Positions 47,416 to 57,682 of a stretch of DNA of 61,901 nucleotides are shown here, in pieces (within the stretch, counting starts at the first letter, position 1; each line of letters begins with the position of its first letter). The DNA lies in the NCBI GenBank assembly GCA_024695405.1, contig JAILIF010000043.1, forward strand, positions 1 to 61,901, written 5' to 3'. The position numbers and the translations under genes were made by a program. The notes under the pieces were generated by a model. The model ran no database searches, was not told the origin of the DNA, and saw only the letters and a program-made list of their open reading frames with translations. Source of the stretch: Bacilli bacterium (GTDB lineage Bacteria; Bacillota_I; Bacilli_A; RFN20; CAG-826).

Positions 47416-50004
47416 TTATTTTAATGAAGATAATTTTGTTTCAAGTTCTGCTAAATTTTTCTTGTGTTGTTCTAATTTATTCTTTTCTAATTCGATTTTT
47501 TCAGCAGGCGCTTTTGAAACAAATCCTGGATTTCCAAGCATCTTTTCACAGCGTATGATTTCAGATTTAATTGATTCAATATCCTTTTCGAGTTTCTTAA
47601 TCAAATCTTCTTTACCGGCTTCATTTTTAATAAGCATGCTACCTTCGTTATAAACGTTGATATCACCAGAGTTTTCAATTTCATCAACAAATTCCACATC
47701 TGAGAATGTAAATCTCTTTAAATATGTCTCAAATGCATCAAAAACATTAATCTTTAATTTAATCTTAAGTTCAAGTTTTGCATTAGGAGCTAATTTGTTT
47801 TCAATCTTATAATTTCTAACATCCTTAATCATTGCAAATAAGACGTTAACTTGCCCTTCTGAACTTTCATCAACTAATTCTTTATTATATAAAGGATATT
47901 TTTCTAACATGACACTATCCTTATGGGCAGGAATGTTTAAATACAATTCTTCTGCGATAAATGGAGTGTATGGATAAATTAATAAGATAATATTTTTAAG
48001 TACAGAATATAAAACCTGGTTAGTGATTTCTTTTGCCTTTGTGTCATCACTATTAAGAGCGACTTTGCTCATTTCAAGATATTGACCACAGAAATCATCG
48101 TAAACAAAGTTATATAAGTGACTGCTTGCAGCATTAAAATCAAACTTGTCCATGTTTGCAGTTACGTTTTTAATAGTCTCTTCCAAACGATTAATAATCC
48201 ATTGATCTAATGGAGCAAAATCCTTTTTATCTAATGCTTTAGGAGCAAAATCTTCAGGTAAGATTGATAAAACATAACGTGCACTATTCCATATCTTATT
48301 CAAATAGTTGCTAGCAGCTTGGACTTTTTCATCGATATATCTCATATCTTGTCCTGGGGTTGAATTAGTGGTTAAGAAATATCTAAGAGCATCAGCACCG
48401 TATTGTTCAATAACATCCATAGGATCAACGCCATTTCCTAAAGATTTAGACATTTTTCTACCTAATTCATCTCTAACAAGACCGTGAATAACAACATTCT
48501 TGAATGGCCTTTGCTTTGTCATTTCTAAAGATTGGAAAATCATTCTAGAAACCCAGAAGAAGATAATGTCATAACCAGTGACTAAGCAGTCAGTTGGGAA
48601 ATATCTATCTAGATCCTCTGTTTTATTAGGCCAGCCTAAAGTTGAGAATGGCCATAAAGCACTGGAGAACCAAGTATCAAGAACATCACTTTCTTGATCC
48701 CAATTTTCCATATCTTCTGGTGGATCCATTGAGACTCTAACTTCACCTGTTTTCTTATTGTAGTAAGCAGGAATTCTATGTCCCCACCATAATTGTCTAG
48801 AGACACACCAGTCTTCTACATTTTCCATCCAAGAAGTGAAAACTTTCTCAAATCTTTCAGGAACAAAATTAACCTTCGTTTCGCTATCTTGGTTCTTTAA
48901 AGACTGTTCTGCTAAAGGACGCATTTTAACGAACCATTGCTTACTTAACATTGGTTCAACAACACAGTTATTTCTTTCGCTATGTCCGACTGGGTGAACG
49001 ATATCTTCTGTTTTTACAAAGTTACCTGCTGCTTTGATGTCTTCAACAAGCACTTTTCTACATTCAAAACGGTCCAATCCACAATATTTGCCACATTTTT
49101 CATTCATTGTAGCGTCTTTATTAAAGATAATCGGCATAGGGAAACCATACTTTTTACCAATAATAAAGTCGTTTGGATCGTGAGCTGGAGTGCACTTCAT
49201 TGCGCCTGTACCAAAACCAATTTCAACATAGTCATCTCCAATAACTGGAAGTTCGTCCCCATTAGCAGGATTTATAACCTTCTTTCCAATGTATTTCTTT
49301 AAATTTTCATCGTTAGGATTAACAACAACACAAACATCACCAAACATAGTTTCTGGACGAGTTGTTGCAACAATTAATGAATCGTTTTCACCAACGATTG
49401 GATATTTAAAATAGAACATTTTTCCTGGGTCATCTTGGTGAATAACTTCAATATTCGAAAGAGCTGTTTGTTGAACTGGATCCCAGTTAATTATTCTTTC
49501 ACCTTGATAAATTAAACCTTTGTTATATAAATTAACAAAAACAGTTCTAACTGCGTAGTTTAAGCCTTCATCAAGAGTAAATCTTTCTCTAGTATAATCA
49601 AGAGAAATACCCATCTTAGCCCATTGCTTATGAATATTATCTGCATATTCATCTTTCCAAGCCCAAGCCCATTTTAAGAATTCTTCTCTTGTGATTTTTG
49701 TTACATCAATGCCATTATTTACTAACTTTTGCATAACTTTTGCTTGTGTAGCAATTCCAGCATGATCCATACCTGGAAGATATAACATATCAAATCCTTG
49801 TAATCTCTTATAACGAGCAATGATATCTTGAATTGTTGTATCCCAAGCGTGGCCAATATGTAATTTACCTGTAACGTTTGGTGGAGGAATCACGATTGTG
49901 TAAGGAATTTTACTTTTATCTCCAGCAGTAAAATAACCTTTAGATTTCCAATTTTCGTATTTTCCTTCTTCAACTTGATGAGGATCATAACGTTTTTCTA
50001 GCAT
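47416..50004 (-). CDS. valS: valine--tRNA ligase
   Basis: Class Ia motifs (PPNVTGKLHIGH, KMSKSLGN), CP1 editing domain and C-terminal coiled coil. Confidence 0.97.
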   Translation of the reverse strand: MLEKRYDPHQVEEGKYENWKSKGYFTAGDKSKIPYTIVIPPPNVTGKLHIGHAWDTTIQDIIARYKRLQGFDMLYLPGMDHAGIATQAKVMQKLVNNGIDVTKITREEFLKWAWAWKDEYADNIHKQWAKMGISLDYTRERFTLDEGLNYAVRTVFVNLYNKGLIYQGERIINWDPVQQTALSNIEVIHQDDPGKMFYFKYPIVGENDSLIVATTRPETMFGDVCVVVNPNDENLKKYIGKKVINPANGDELPVIGDDYVEIGFGTGAMKCTPAHDPNDFIIGKKYGFPMPIIFNKDATMNEKCGKYCGLDRFECRKVLVEDIKAAGNFVKTEDIVHPVGHSERNNCVVEPMLSKQWFVKMRPLAEQSLKNQDSETKVNFVPERFEKVFTSWMENVEDWCVSRQLWWGHRIPAYYNKKTGEVRVSMDPPEDMENWDQESDVLDTWFSSALWPFSTLGWPNKTEDLDRYFPTDCLVTGYDIIFFWVSRMIFQSLEMTKQRPFKNVVIHGLVRDELGRKMSKSLGNGVDPMDVIEQYGADALRYFLTTNSTPGQDMRYIDEKVQAASNYLNKIWNSARYVLSILPEDFAPKALDKKDFAPLDQWIINRLEETIKNVTANMDKFDFNAASSHLYNFVYDDFCGQYLEMSKVALNSDDTKAKEITNQVLYSVLKNIILLIYPYTPFIAEELYLNIPAHKDSVMLEKYPLYNKELVDESSEGQVNVLFAMIKDVRNYKIENKLAPNAKLELKIKLKINVFDAFETYLKRFTFSDVEFVDEIENSGDINVYNEGSMLIKNEAGKEDLIKKLEKDIESIKSEIIRCEKMLGNPGFVSKAPAEKIELEKNKLEQHKKNLAELETKLSSLK

Positions 50005-50019
50005 AAATCTTTCCTCCTA

Positions 50020-50229
50020 AAATAAAAACGTCCTTATTATCTAAGGACGCTATTAACGTGGTACCACCTTAGTTCGGATTTCTCCGCACTTCATTATCCT
50101 AATAAGTTTAGGTAACTATTCCTCCAAAGCGACCTTCATTGAGTTTTTCTACTAGGCTTCCACCATCCCCAGCTCTCTATAAGATACGTTCAATTACTCC
50201 TCTTTTTCTCAGGAATCGATTAAATTATA
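50020..50229 (-). promoter_or_regulatory. T-box riboswitch leader of valS (with -10 box and terminator/antiterminator)
   Basis: On the - strand there is a TATAAT (50229-50224). Stem I carries AGAGAG...GGUGGAAGC, with a GUC triplet (50133-50131) in a GAAGGUCGC specifier-like loop. The T-box core AAGGUGGUACCACGUU spans 50068-50055. An antiterminator (CUAAGG...CCUUAG) competes with the terminator CGUCCUUA-GAUAA-UAAGGACG plus UUUUUAUUUU (50050-50022). The SD and ATG follow directly. Confidence 0.85.
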
Positions 50230-50234
50230 CAAGA

Positions 50235-50813
50235 TTAGACTATTTTTTCAATAACTTGTCTAACCTTATCCCAACTTCTTGTTTCTAATCTTGAGGTATA
50301 TAAAACTTTATCTATTGGGAACCCGTATTCTTTAATTCTTTTCATTGTAGCAGCTTTGCCACTTTGATTTAATTTATCAGACTTAGTAATTACAAAATAA
50401 TAAGGAATATTAGATTCATTTACAAAGTCGATTAATTCTTTATCAGATTCATCTATTTCGCGTCTAGAATCGAGTAAAATGAAAACTGCTTTTAAATATT
50501 TGTTATTGTAGAAATAATCTTCCATCATTTCTCCAAACAACGCATCTAGATCAACTCCACCTTTAGCATATCCATATCCAGGTGCATCAACTAAATAAAA
50601 CTTATTATCTATATTAAAGTAATTTAGTAATTTAGTATGTCCTGGTTTAGATGATGTAAAGGCAAGAGATTTTCTAGAAGTAAGTGAGTTGATTAATGTT
50701 GATTTTCCAACGTTACTTTTGCCTACTACTAAAATCTCAGCAAAACCACAATCAGGTCTTTCGCCTTGCTTAGAAGCAGATTTAACAAAGTTAGCGTTTT
50801 TAAAATTAATCAT
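50235..50813 (-). CDS. engB: ribosome biogenesis GTP-binding protein EngB/YsxC
   Basis: G1 GKSNVGKSTLIN, G3 DAPGYGYA, G4 TKSDK. The lon-ysxC order matches Bacillus. Confidence 0.9.
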   Translation of the reverse strand: MINFKNANFVKSASKQGERPDCGFAEILVVGKSNVGKSTLINSLTSRKSLAFTSSKPGHTKLLNYFNIDNKFYLVDAPGYGYAKGGVDLDALFGEMMEDYFYNNKYLKAVFILLDSRREIDESDKELIDFVNESNIPYYFVITKSDKLNQSGKAATMKRIKEYGFPIDKVLYTSRLETRSWDKVRQVIEKIV

Positions 50814-53140
50814 TTTTTCTTTAATAATGCAAATTCAACAGCATCATCTACTGTTTCCATTGTTTTAATTGTGAGAGATTCTCTGACTTCTTTTGGAAGT
50901 TCTTCAATATCTTTCTTATTGTCTTTAGGAACAATAATAGCTTTAATTCCACTACGTAATGCTGCTAATGATTTTTCTCTTAAACCACCGATTGGTAAAG
51001 CATTACCTCTTAAAGTAACTTCACCAGTCATAGCGACGTCTGGATTAACAGGTGTATGACTTAAGCATGAAATTAATGCAGTTGTGATTGCAACACCAGC
51101 ACTTGGACCGTCTTTTGGAACAGCACCTTCTGGTACGTGAATGTGAATGTCGTTTCCGACAAAAATTTCACTATCAATATGGTATTTATCAGCGTTTGCT
51201 TTGACATAATCTAATGCAATTGCGGCAGATTCTTTCATAACATCGCCTAATTTACCTGTAAGTACGAGTGCGCCTTTACCTTTGAAGTAATTAACTTCGA
51301 TTGGGAGAATATCTCCACCAAATTGAGTATATGCAAGACCAGTAACAACACCAATTTGTGGTTTTGCTTCTTTTTTGCTATCTTCGAATATTGGCATTAA
51401 TAAATATTCTCTAACTTTTTCTTCGTTAATTTCGATATGTTCAATACTTGGATCTTTAACAATTGCGACTGCTACTTTTCTTAAACAAGAAGCAATCTTT
51501 CTTTCTAAGTCACGGACACCAGCTTCTCTTGTGTAATGACGAATAATGTAGGTTATAGCGTCATCGGTGAAATTAACTTGCTCTGGCTTTAAACCATTGA
51601 GAGCGATTTGCTTATTGATTAAGTGATCTTTTGTGATGTGAACTTTTTCAATTTCTGTGTAGGAATTAAGTTCGATTAATTCAAGTCTGTCTCTTAATGG
51701 ACCTGGAATATTTTCAAGGTAGTTAGCAGTACAGATGAATAAAACATCACTTAAATCATATGGTTCTTCTACGAAATTATCGTTAAATTGAGTATTTTGT
51801 TCTGGATCAAGAACTTCAAGCATTGCACTTGCTGGATCTCCTTTATAAGAAGAAGCAAGCTTATCAATTTCATCAAGTAAGAATACAGGGTTTGTAACAC
51901 CTGCTTTTCTCATACCTTGGATGATTCTGCCTGGCATTGATCCAACATAAGTACGTCTATGACCTCTAATTTCAGCTTCATCAGAAATTCCACCTAAAGA
52001 TGCTTTAAAGAATTTTCTACCTAAAGCTCTTGCAATTGATTTACCTAATGAAGTTTTACCTGTTCCTGGAGGACCATAGAAGCAAAGAATTGGAGATTTT
52101 AAGTTACCAGTTAATTTTTTAACTGCCAAATATTCAACAATTCTTTTCTTTGGTATTTCAAGGCCGTAATGGTCTTCATCTAAAATTTTTTCGACATTTT
52201 TTAAATCGTCATTATCTTCAGTTTTTTCAAACCAAGGAATTGACATTAAAACATCTACATAACTTTGAATTAAAGCACTTTCAAGAGAGCCTTGAGGCAT
52301 CATATCGTATTTCTTTAATTCGTTTTTAACTTTTTTCTTGATGTAATCAGGATAAGGATTAGCTTCTAACTTTTCTAAGATAGATTCTGGTGAATTCTTA
52401 TCATCAGTAGTTTCACCGAGCTCTTTCTTAATTGCTTTAAGTTTTTCTCTTAAGAAATATTCCTTTTGGCTCTTTTCGCTAGATTCACGAACAGCATTTT
52501 GAATATTTCTTTCGATTTCATCTTTTTGCTTTTCACCTGAAATAAGAAGAATGACTCTTTGCATCAATTCTTCAACGCTTAGGGATTCTAAAATAGCTTG
52601 TTTATCATCTTTACTGCCTTGTAAGAATTCTGCGACTGCAAAACAAACATTAATAGCAGAATCATTACTTGCAATAGCATTCGCAACACTCTTTGGCATT
52701 TCTGCGACAATTTGTGGAACATCTTCTAATGCAGTTTGAACCGCTTTAATAATTGAACTATTTGTGATGTAATCAGGTTCAGGAATTCTATAAATAGAAC
52801 CAGTTGCGATAATGAAGCCTTCAGGATCTTCTGAAATAGTTTCGAGCTTAATTCTTTCTACAACTTCAACACGAATTCTAACTTCAGTGCCTCTAACTGT
52901 ATAAGAAATAATACGACAGAGAGAGCCTATCTTATGGATTTGTTCTTCTGTTGGTGTTTCATCATCAGCATTTTTTTGACATGAAACAAATAATAATGAA
53001 TCGGTTTGATTACGTGCAGCCTCAATTGCTTTCACAGAGAAAGAACGGCCTGCAGCGATGACTTGTGAATTGTTAGGAAAGATAACCTTGGATCTTGTCA
53101 CTAACAGAGGAAGAGTTAATTTTTGAGCTTTATCAGCCAT
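50810..53140 (-). CDS. lon: ATP-dependent protease Lon (LonA)
   Basis: LON N-domain, AAA+ (GPPGTGKTS, FLLDEIDK) and protease domain with PKDGPSAG (catalytic Ser) and a downstream Lys. Confidence 0.95.
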   Translation of the reverse strand: MADKAQKLTLPLLVTRSKVIFPNNSQVIAAGRSFSVKAIEAARNQTDSLLFVSCQKNADDETPTEEQIHKIGSLCRIISYTVRGTEVRIRVEVVERIKLETISEDPEGFIIATGSIYRIPEPDYITNSSIIKAVQTALEDVPQIVAEMPKSVANAIASNDSAINVCFAVAEFLQGSKDDKQAILESLSVEELMQRVILLISGEKQKDEIERNIQNAVRESSEKSQKEYFLREKLKAIKKELGETTDDKNSPESILEKLEANPYPDYIKKKVKNELKKYDMMPQGSLESALIQSYVDVLMSIPWFEKTEDNDDLKNVEKILDEDHYGLEIPKKRIVEYLAVKKLTGNLKSPILCFYGPPGTGKTSLGKSIARALGRKFFKASLGGISDEAEIRGHRRTYVGSMPGRIIQGMRKAGVTNPVFLLDEIDKLASSYKGDPASAMLEVLDPEQNTQFNDNFVEEPYDLSDVLFICTANYLENIPGPLRDRLELIELNSYTEIEKVHITKDHLINKQIALNGLKPEQVNFTDDAITYIIRHYTREAGVRDLERKIASCLRKVAVAIVKDPSIEHIEINEEKVREYLLMPIFEDSKKEAKPQIGVVTGLAYTQFGGDILPIEVNYFKGKGALVLTGKLGDVMKESAAIALDYVKANADKYHIDSEIFVGNDIHIHVPEGAVPKDGPSAGVAITTALISCLSHTPVNPDVAMTGEVTLRGNALPIGGLREKSLAALRSGIKAIIVPKDNKKDIEELPKEVRESLTIKTMETVDDAVEFALLKKK

Positions 53141-53154
53141 ATTTACCTCCTTTA

Positions 53155-54432
53155 CTAGTCGTTATTCTTATATAATAAGTCCTCGACTCTATTCATTTTG
53201 ATATTGTGTCTGTATTCTTCGATTTGATTGCCAAGATTCTTTCTAATATCTTCGACTTTCATCTTGTATTGTTCTGCAATCTTAGCTAATTCGAAGTCTA
53301 AATCAGCGTCAGTTACTTCTAAGTTTTCAACTGTTGCAACTTCTTCTAATACTAAGTAGCCAGCGATTTCTTTCTTAGAATCTTCTCTTAATTTTGCTTC
53401 GAATTCTTCGGGCTTTTGGCCAAGAATTTGTAAGTATGTTTCAAGAGTTAAGCCAGATTGTTGCATTCTATTTTCTAAATCTTTCTTATGCATATTCATT
53501 TGGCTTTCAACTACTTCATTAGGAATTGAAATAGTAGCTTTTTCTGCTATAGCATCGATTAACTTGTTAATGTAATCTCTTCTAGCTTCTGCAGTTTTTT
53601 GAGCTGTTAATCTTTCTTTTTGATTTGCTCTTAAATCTTCAACAGTTTTAACATCGTTAATTTTTACATCAGCGATGAATTCTTCGTTTAATTCAGGAAG
53701 TTTCTTTTCTTTAACTTCGTGAACTTTACATTCAAATGTTGCATCTTTTCCTTTTAATTCTGGTGTGTAGTTTTCTGGGAATTTGACGTTTACATCTTTT
53801 TTATCACCTGCTTTAACACCAACTAATTGATCTTCAAAACCAGGGATGAATGTTCCACTACCTAATTCTAATTCATAGTTTTCAGCAGTACCGCCATCAA
53901 AAGCAACGCCATTTACTTTACCCACAAAGTCCATAACTACGATATCACCTTTAGCAGCTGTACCATCTTTAACGGCAACTGTTGCGTTTTTAACTCTTAA
54001 TGCATCGATTGCGTTATCAACATCTTTATCAGTAACACTAACTTCACCTTTACCAATTTTTAAGCCTTTGTATTCACCTAAAGTGATTTTTGGTAATGTT
54101 GTAATTGTGAATTTAATTTCTAATTCTTTGTCACTTAATTTAGTTACATCAACTTTTGGTTGATTGAATGGTTTGATATTTTCTTTGTCTAAAATATCTT
54201 TGTAAATAACAGGTAATAAAGCGTTAATTGCTTCATCCATTACTTTAACTTGGTCGATTTTGCCTTTAATCATGTTCTCTGGGGCTTTACCTTTACGGAA
54301 ACCAGGAATTGTAACGTTAGCAGCTAACTTTTTGAACGCTTTTGCTTGAGCGTCTTTCCAAGTTGTTTCTTTAACATTTACCAATACTTCAACGCGACCA
54401 TCGTCGATTTGGTTTACTTTTGTTTCTTCCAT
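53155..54432 (-). CDS. tig: trigger factor
   Basis: Ribosome-binding motif PGFRKGKAP, central FKBP PPIase domain (VMDFVGKVNGVAFDGG) and a C-terminal helical arm domain. Confidence 0.95.
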   Translation of the reverse strand: MEETKVNQIDDGRVEVLVNVKETTWKDAQAKAFKKLAANVTIPGFRKGKAPENMIKGKIDQVKVMDEAINALLPVIYKDILDKENIKPFNQPKVDVTKLSDKELEIKFTITTLPKITLGEYKGLKIGKGEVSVTDKDVDNAIDALRVKNATVAVKDGTAAKGDIVVMDFVGKVNGVAFDGGTAENYELELGSGTFIPGFEDQLVGVKAGDKKDVNVKFPENYTPELKGKDATFECKVHEVKEKKLPELNEEFIADVKINDVKTVEDLRANQKERLTAQKTAEARRDYINKLIDAIAEKATISIPNEVVESQMNMHKKDLENRMQQSGLTLETYLQILGQKPEEFEAKLREDSKKEIAGYLVLEEVATVENLEVTDADLDFELAKIAEQYKMKVEDIRKNLGNQIEEYRHNIKMNRVEDLLYKNND

Positions 54433-54494
54433 ATTTATATACCTCTAAATTTGTAGCGAGGTTTATTCTATATGAATAATAGACATTTAGCAAG

Positions 54495-54522
54495 TAAAAA
54501 AGACTCAGAAATAAATTCTGAG
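54495..54522 (-). terminator. rho-independent terminator upstream of the tig promoter region
   Basis: On the - strand: CTCAGAA-TTTAT-TTCTGAG followed by TCTTTTTT. It lies 18 nt after the stop of the 54540-55445 gene. Confidence 0.6.
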
Positions 54523-54539
54523 CCTATTTTCCTTCTTAT

Positions 54540-55445
54540 TTAGAAATTTTTAATTAATTCAGCGAATACATCGTATAAGCGCTTTACGACTTCCTTAACT
54601 AAACTGTGTGATTGACAATACTCTTCTAAACTAGGAGTTTTTATTTTTAAACAATCGCAAGTAAGCAAATATAAAGCCGCTAACAAATTATCTTCGTTTT
54701 CTTTAACCTCGTTTGGATAAATATCAATTATGTAACTAGAGTAAATGCTAATAGCATTATCACTTATTGTCGGATTTTTGAATTCTGAAATCATTCTTTT
54801 AGACAATCTATTAAATTGTTCATCTACGAAAGGAGCTTTTGTCTTAGAAGGATTAATTTTTATTTCCCCATCTTTTGATTTATAGCTTAATTCTTTGTCA
54901 ATTTTGTTTTTTACTAAAAGCATTAAAGCATAGCTTCTAATTGCTTGAGAAGGATGATTAATCATTAATAATTCAATCTCGTTTATAAATGTTTGGATGT
55001 TACGATTTCCTGCTAATTCCAATCCAGACATAGCGGTTGCTTTATCGGTGCTATTTAACCTACTTTTAATTTCGTCATCGTTTATCGATTTATTACCATA
55101 TTGTTCTTTTTCTTCTGCTCTTATATGGGCAACCATACCTGATAAAAGTTCTTCGACTTGCTGAGATTCGTATGGAAGATTTTTATAGTAATCCAATTCT
55201 TCATAAGCTTCATCGAATTTTCCTAGAATAAGCAAAAGATCAATATGGACTTTAATTAAAAGTAGAAGATTTTTTTGCAATTCTAAACGATGTTCTTTTA
55301 AACATGCTAATGCTTTTTCGCCTTGCCCAACACCTAACAACGCAGATACACGATAAAAAATAGATTCAGCATCATTAGATTTCTCAGTGAGCTTAATTAC
55401 AAGTTCATATTCATGTTTATCCATCAAACTTTTTAATGTATCCAT
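54540..55445 (-). CDS. hypothetical all-helical (TPR-like N-terminal) protein
   Basis: 301-aa ORF with normal codon and composition character. The N-terminal ~100 aa look like helical hairpin repeats (ESIFYRVSALLGVGQGEKALACL..., LGKFDEAYEELDYYKNL). I recognise no family. Confidence 0.5.
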   Translation of the reverse strand: MDTLKSLMDKHEYELVIKLTEKSNDAESIFYRVSALLGVGQGEKALACLKEHRLELQKNLLLLIKVHIDLLLILGKFDEAYEELDYYKNLPYESQQVEELLSGMVAHIRAEEKEQYGNKSINDDEIKSRLNSTDKATAMSGLELAGNRNIQTFINEIELLMINHPSQAIRSYALMLLVKNKIDKELSYKSKDGEIKINPSKTKAPFVDEQFNRLSKRMISEFKNPTISDNAISIYSSYIIDIYPNEVKENEDNLLAALYLLTCDCLKIKTPSLEEYCQSHSLVKEVVKRLYDVFAELIKNF

Positions 55446-55484
55446 ATTAGTATTTATTTAGTAGATATAATACAAAGTATTACA

Positions 55485-56717
55485 CTATTTTTTGATTTTC
55501 TCCCAATATTCTTTCAAAGTATTTTCAAATTTGTTATCACCATAGATATAATACGTTCTATCTTTTACATCATCAGGAAGATATTGTTGTTTAACCCAGT
55601 GATTTTTATATTCATGAGGGTATTTATAATTTTGTCCCTTAACTAAAGCATCTTCTCCGTCATAATGAGTGTTTTGCAAACATCTAGGAACTGAAATACC
55701 TTTTCCTTGGTTGATATCGTTAAGTGCTCTGTCGTATGCCATATATGCGCTATTACTTTTTGGGGCAGTAGCAATTAAAACAGCGGCGTTAACTAAAGGA
55801 AGTCTAGCTTCTGGCATACCTAATTGCAAAGCAGTATCAACACAAGCCTTAACTATAGGAATAATTTGAGGATATGCCATTCCAACATCCTCTGATGCAC
55901 TACATAATAACCTACGAGAAGCAGCAATTAAATCCCCTGCTTCTAACATTTTTGCTAAATAAAATACTGAAGCATCTGGGTCACTGCCTCTTAACGATTT
56001 CATTAATGCGCTTAAATTATCGTAGTGCTTGTCTTCACCACGATCATAAGAGATATTGCCTTTTTGAATTATTTCGTTAACATCATCAATTGTGATTTTA
56101 GACGTTTTAATACCAGATGAAATAAATTCTAAAGAATTTAGTGCTTTTCTCATATCTCCATTAGCGCTTAAAGATAAAATCTTTAAAGCTTCTGGTTCTA
56201 TTTTTACTTTAAGAGCTTTTGCTCCACGTAATAAACCTTTTTGTATTTCTTCACTGCTTATAGCTTTAAATTCAAATACACTACATCTTGAAAGCAATGC
56301 AGGATATACATAAAAATAAGGGTTCTCTGTTGTCGAAGCTATTAGTGTAATATCACCGTTTTCAACAAATTCTAATAATGATTGTTGTTGTTTTTTGTTT
56401 AAATATTGAATTTCATCTAAATATAATAAAATTCCATTTTGATTAAAAACATCACCAATTTGCTTAATAATATCTTTAATATCGTCTGTTCCACAATTTG
56501 TACCATTTAGTTTATATAAGGTCATATTTGCTTTTAGAGCAATAATATTAGCAAGTGTTGTTTTTCCTATACCAGGAGGACCATAAAATATCATATTAGG
56601 GATTTTTTCGCCCTCAATAACACGACGAAATAATGAGCCTTCACTTAACAAGTGAGTTTGGCCCACCATATCTTCAATTTTTGCAGGTCTAAGAATATCC
56701 GCTAATGGTTTTTGCAT
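55485..56717 (-). CDS. rarA: replication-associated recombination protein A (MgsA/RarA AAA+ ATPase)
   Basis: Walker A GPPGIGKTTLA, Walker B LYLDEIQYL, plus the MgsA C-terminal domain (DKHYD..SA..KS.RGSDPDA..YLA.M...G). Confidence 0.9.
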   Translation of the reverse strand: MQKPLADILRPAKIEDMVGQTHLLSEGSLFRRVIEGEKIPNMIFYGPPGIGKTTLANIIALKANMTLYKLNGTNCGTDDIKDIIKQIGDVFNQNGILLYLDEIQYLNKKQQQSLLEFVENGDITLIASTTENPYFYVYPALLSRCSVFEFKAISSEEIQKGLLRGAKALKVKIEPEALKILSLSANGDMRKALNSLEFISSGIKTSKITIDDVNEIIQKGNISYDRGEDKHYDNLSALMKSLRGSDPDASVFYLAKMLEAGDLIAASRRLLCSASEDVGMAYPQIIPIVKACVDTALQLGMPEARLPLVNAAVLIATAPKSNSAYMAYDRALNDINQGKGISVPRCLQNTHYDGEDALVKGQNYKYPHEYKNHWVKQQYLPDDVKDRTYYIYGDNKFENTLKEYWEKIKK

Positions 56718-56719
56718 TT

Positions 56720-57679
56720 TTATTTTGAGTCCCTTAAATCAGAAAATACTTGGTAATGTACTTTTTTAGCACCAACTTCAAATCCATCATGATCGATGTT
56801 ATTTACAAATTTTGTAATATCGCGCTTAACATTATCACCTCTATAGGCCTTTCTAATAATAGTGTCTACAGTAAGTAATTCTTCTCTAGCTTTATCAACT
56901 AAGTCAAAAAAGGATTCGTGTCTTTCTACACCACTAACACAATTAAACCATTTAGAGTGTTGCAAATTTAAAATATCGTATTTTTCGAATGCTTTTGTTT
57001 TTGAAGGAGACATCATGCAATCAATATTTTTATTTCTCGCAAAAATATTGTGAACAAAGAATTTTTTAACTCCTAATGGAGAATATAAAACTTTCTCTAC
57101 AAATAGCATATCTTTATAAGCGTTATAGTAGGTTAATTCTTCAATTCCTTCATAGTTTAAGAATTTTGCTAATTCATAAAACATTTTTGAAACTTCTTTA
57201 ACATCATTATCATGGCATTTAGCACATTTTCCTGAAGCTTTAAAAGTATTGTTTAATTTTCCATATATTGTGTCCAATATGCTTTCGAAACGCACATGAT
57301 AATTCATGTATTTAGTTTTTTCTTCTTCAGTTGGATTTTCTGAAGTTGGGAATCCAGTTCTAAAGAAGATATATGGATGGCAATTTCTATCTAGTACATA
57401 ATGCATGAATAATCCTTTTATAAAAGCGTGAAGCATTTTCTTTTCTGGATGATTCATTGAGTATTCAAGTAAAAAATTATATGCAGCAGATATATTTGTG
57501 TGATGCAAATATGTTCCGAAATCACGCACTTTAGCCTTGTTTTCACGTTTTCCTAACGAATGTCCATAAAAGAAGAAAACATCAGGTCCTTGACCACCTA
57601 ATGCGCGTATACGTGCGTACTTATCTTTTTGTTCAGTGTTTTTTTCTACGAATGTGTAATGTGTATAAAATGCTGGCAT
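56720..57679 (-). CDS. zinc-dependent phospholipase C-like family protein (uncharacterised subgroup)
   Basis: MPAFYTHYTF..., GGQGPDVFFFY, YLHHTN and MHYVLDRNCHPYIF resemble the His-rich motifs of bacterial proteins annotated as the Zn-dependent PLC family. Assigned from memory only. Confidence 0.45.
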   Translation of the reverse strand: MPAFYTHYTFVEKNTEQKDKYARIRALGGQGPDVFFFYGHSLGKRENKAKVRDFGTYLHHTNISAAYNFLLEYSMNHPEKKMLHAFIKGLFMHYVLDRNCHPYIFFRTGFPTSENPTEEEKTKYMNYHVRFESILDTIYGKLNNTFKASGKCAKCHDNDVKEVSKMFYELAKFLNYEGIEELTYYNAYKDMLFVEKVLYSPLGVKKFFVHNIFARNKNIDCMMSPSKTKAFEKYDILNLQHSKWFNCVSGVERHESFFDLVDKAREELLTVDTIIRKAYRGDNVKRDITKFVNNIDHDGFEVGAKKVHYQVFSDLRDSK

Positions 57680-57682
57680 AAA

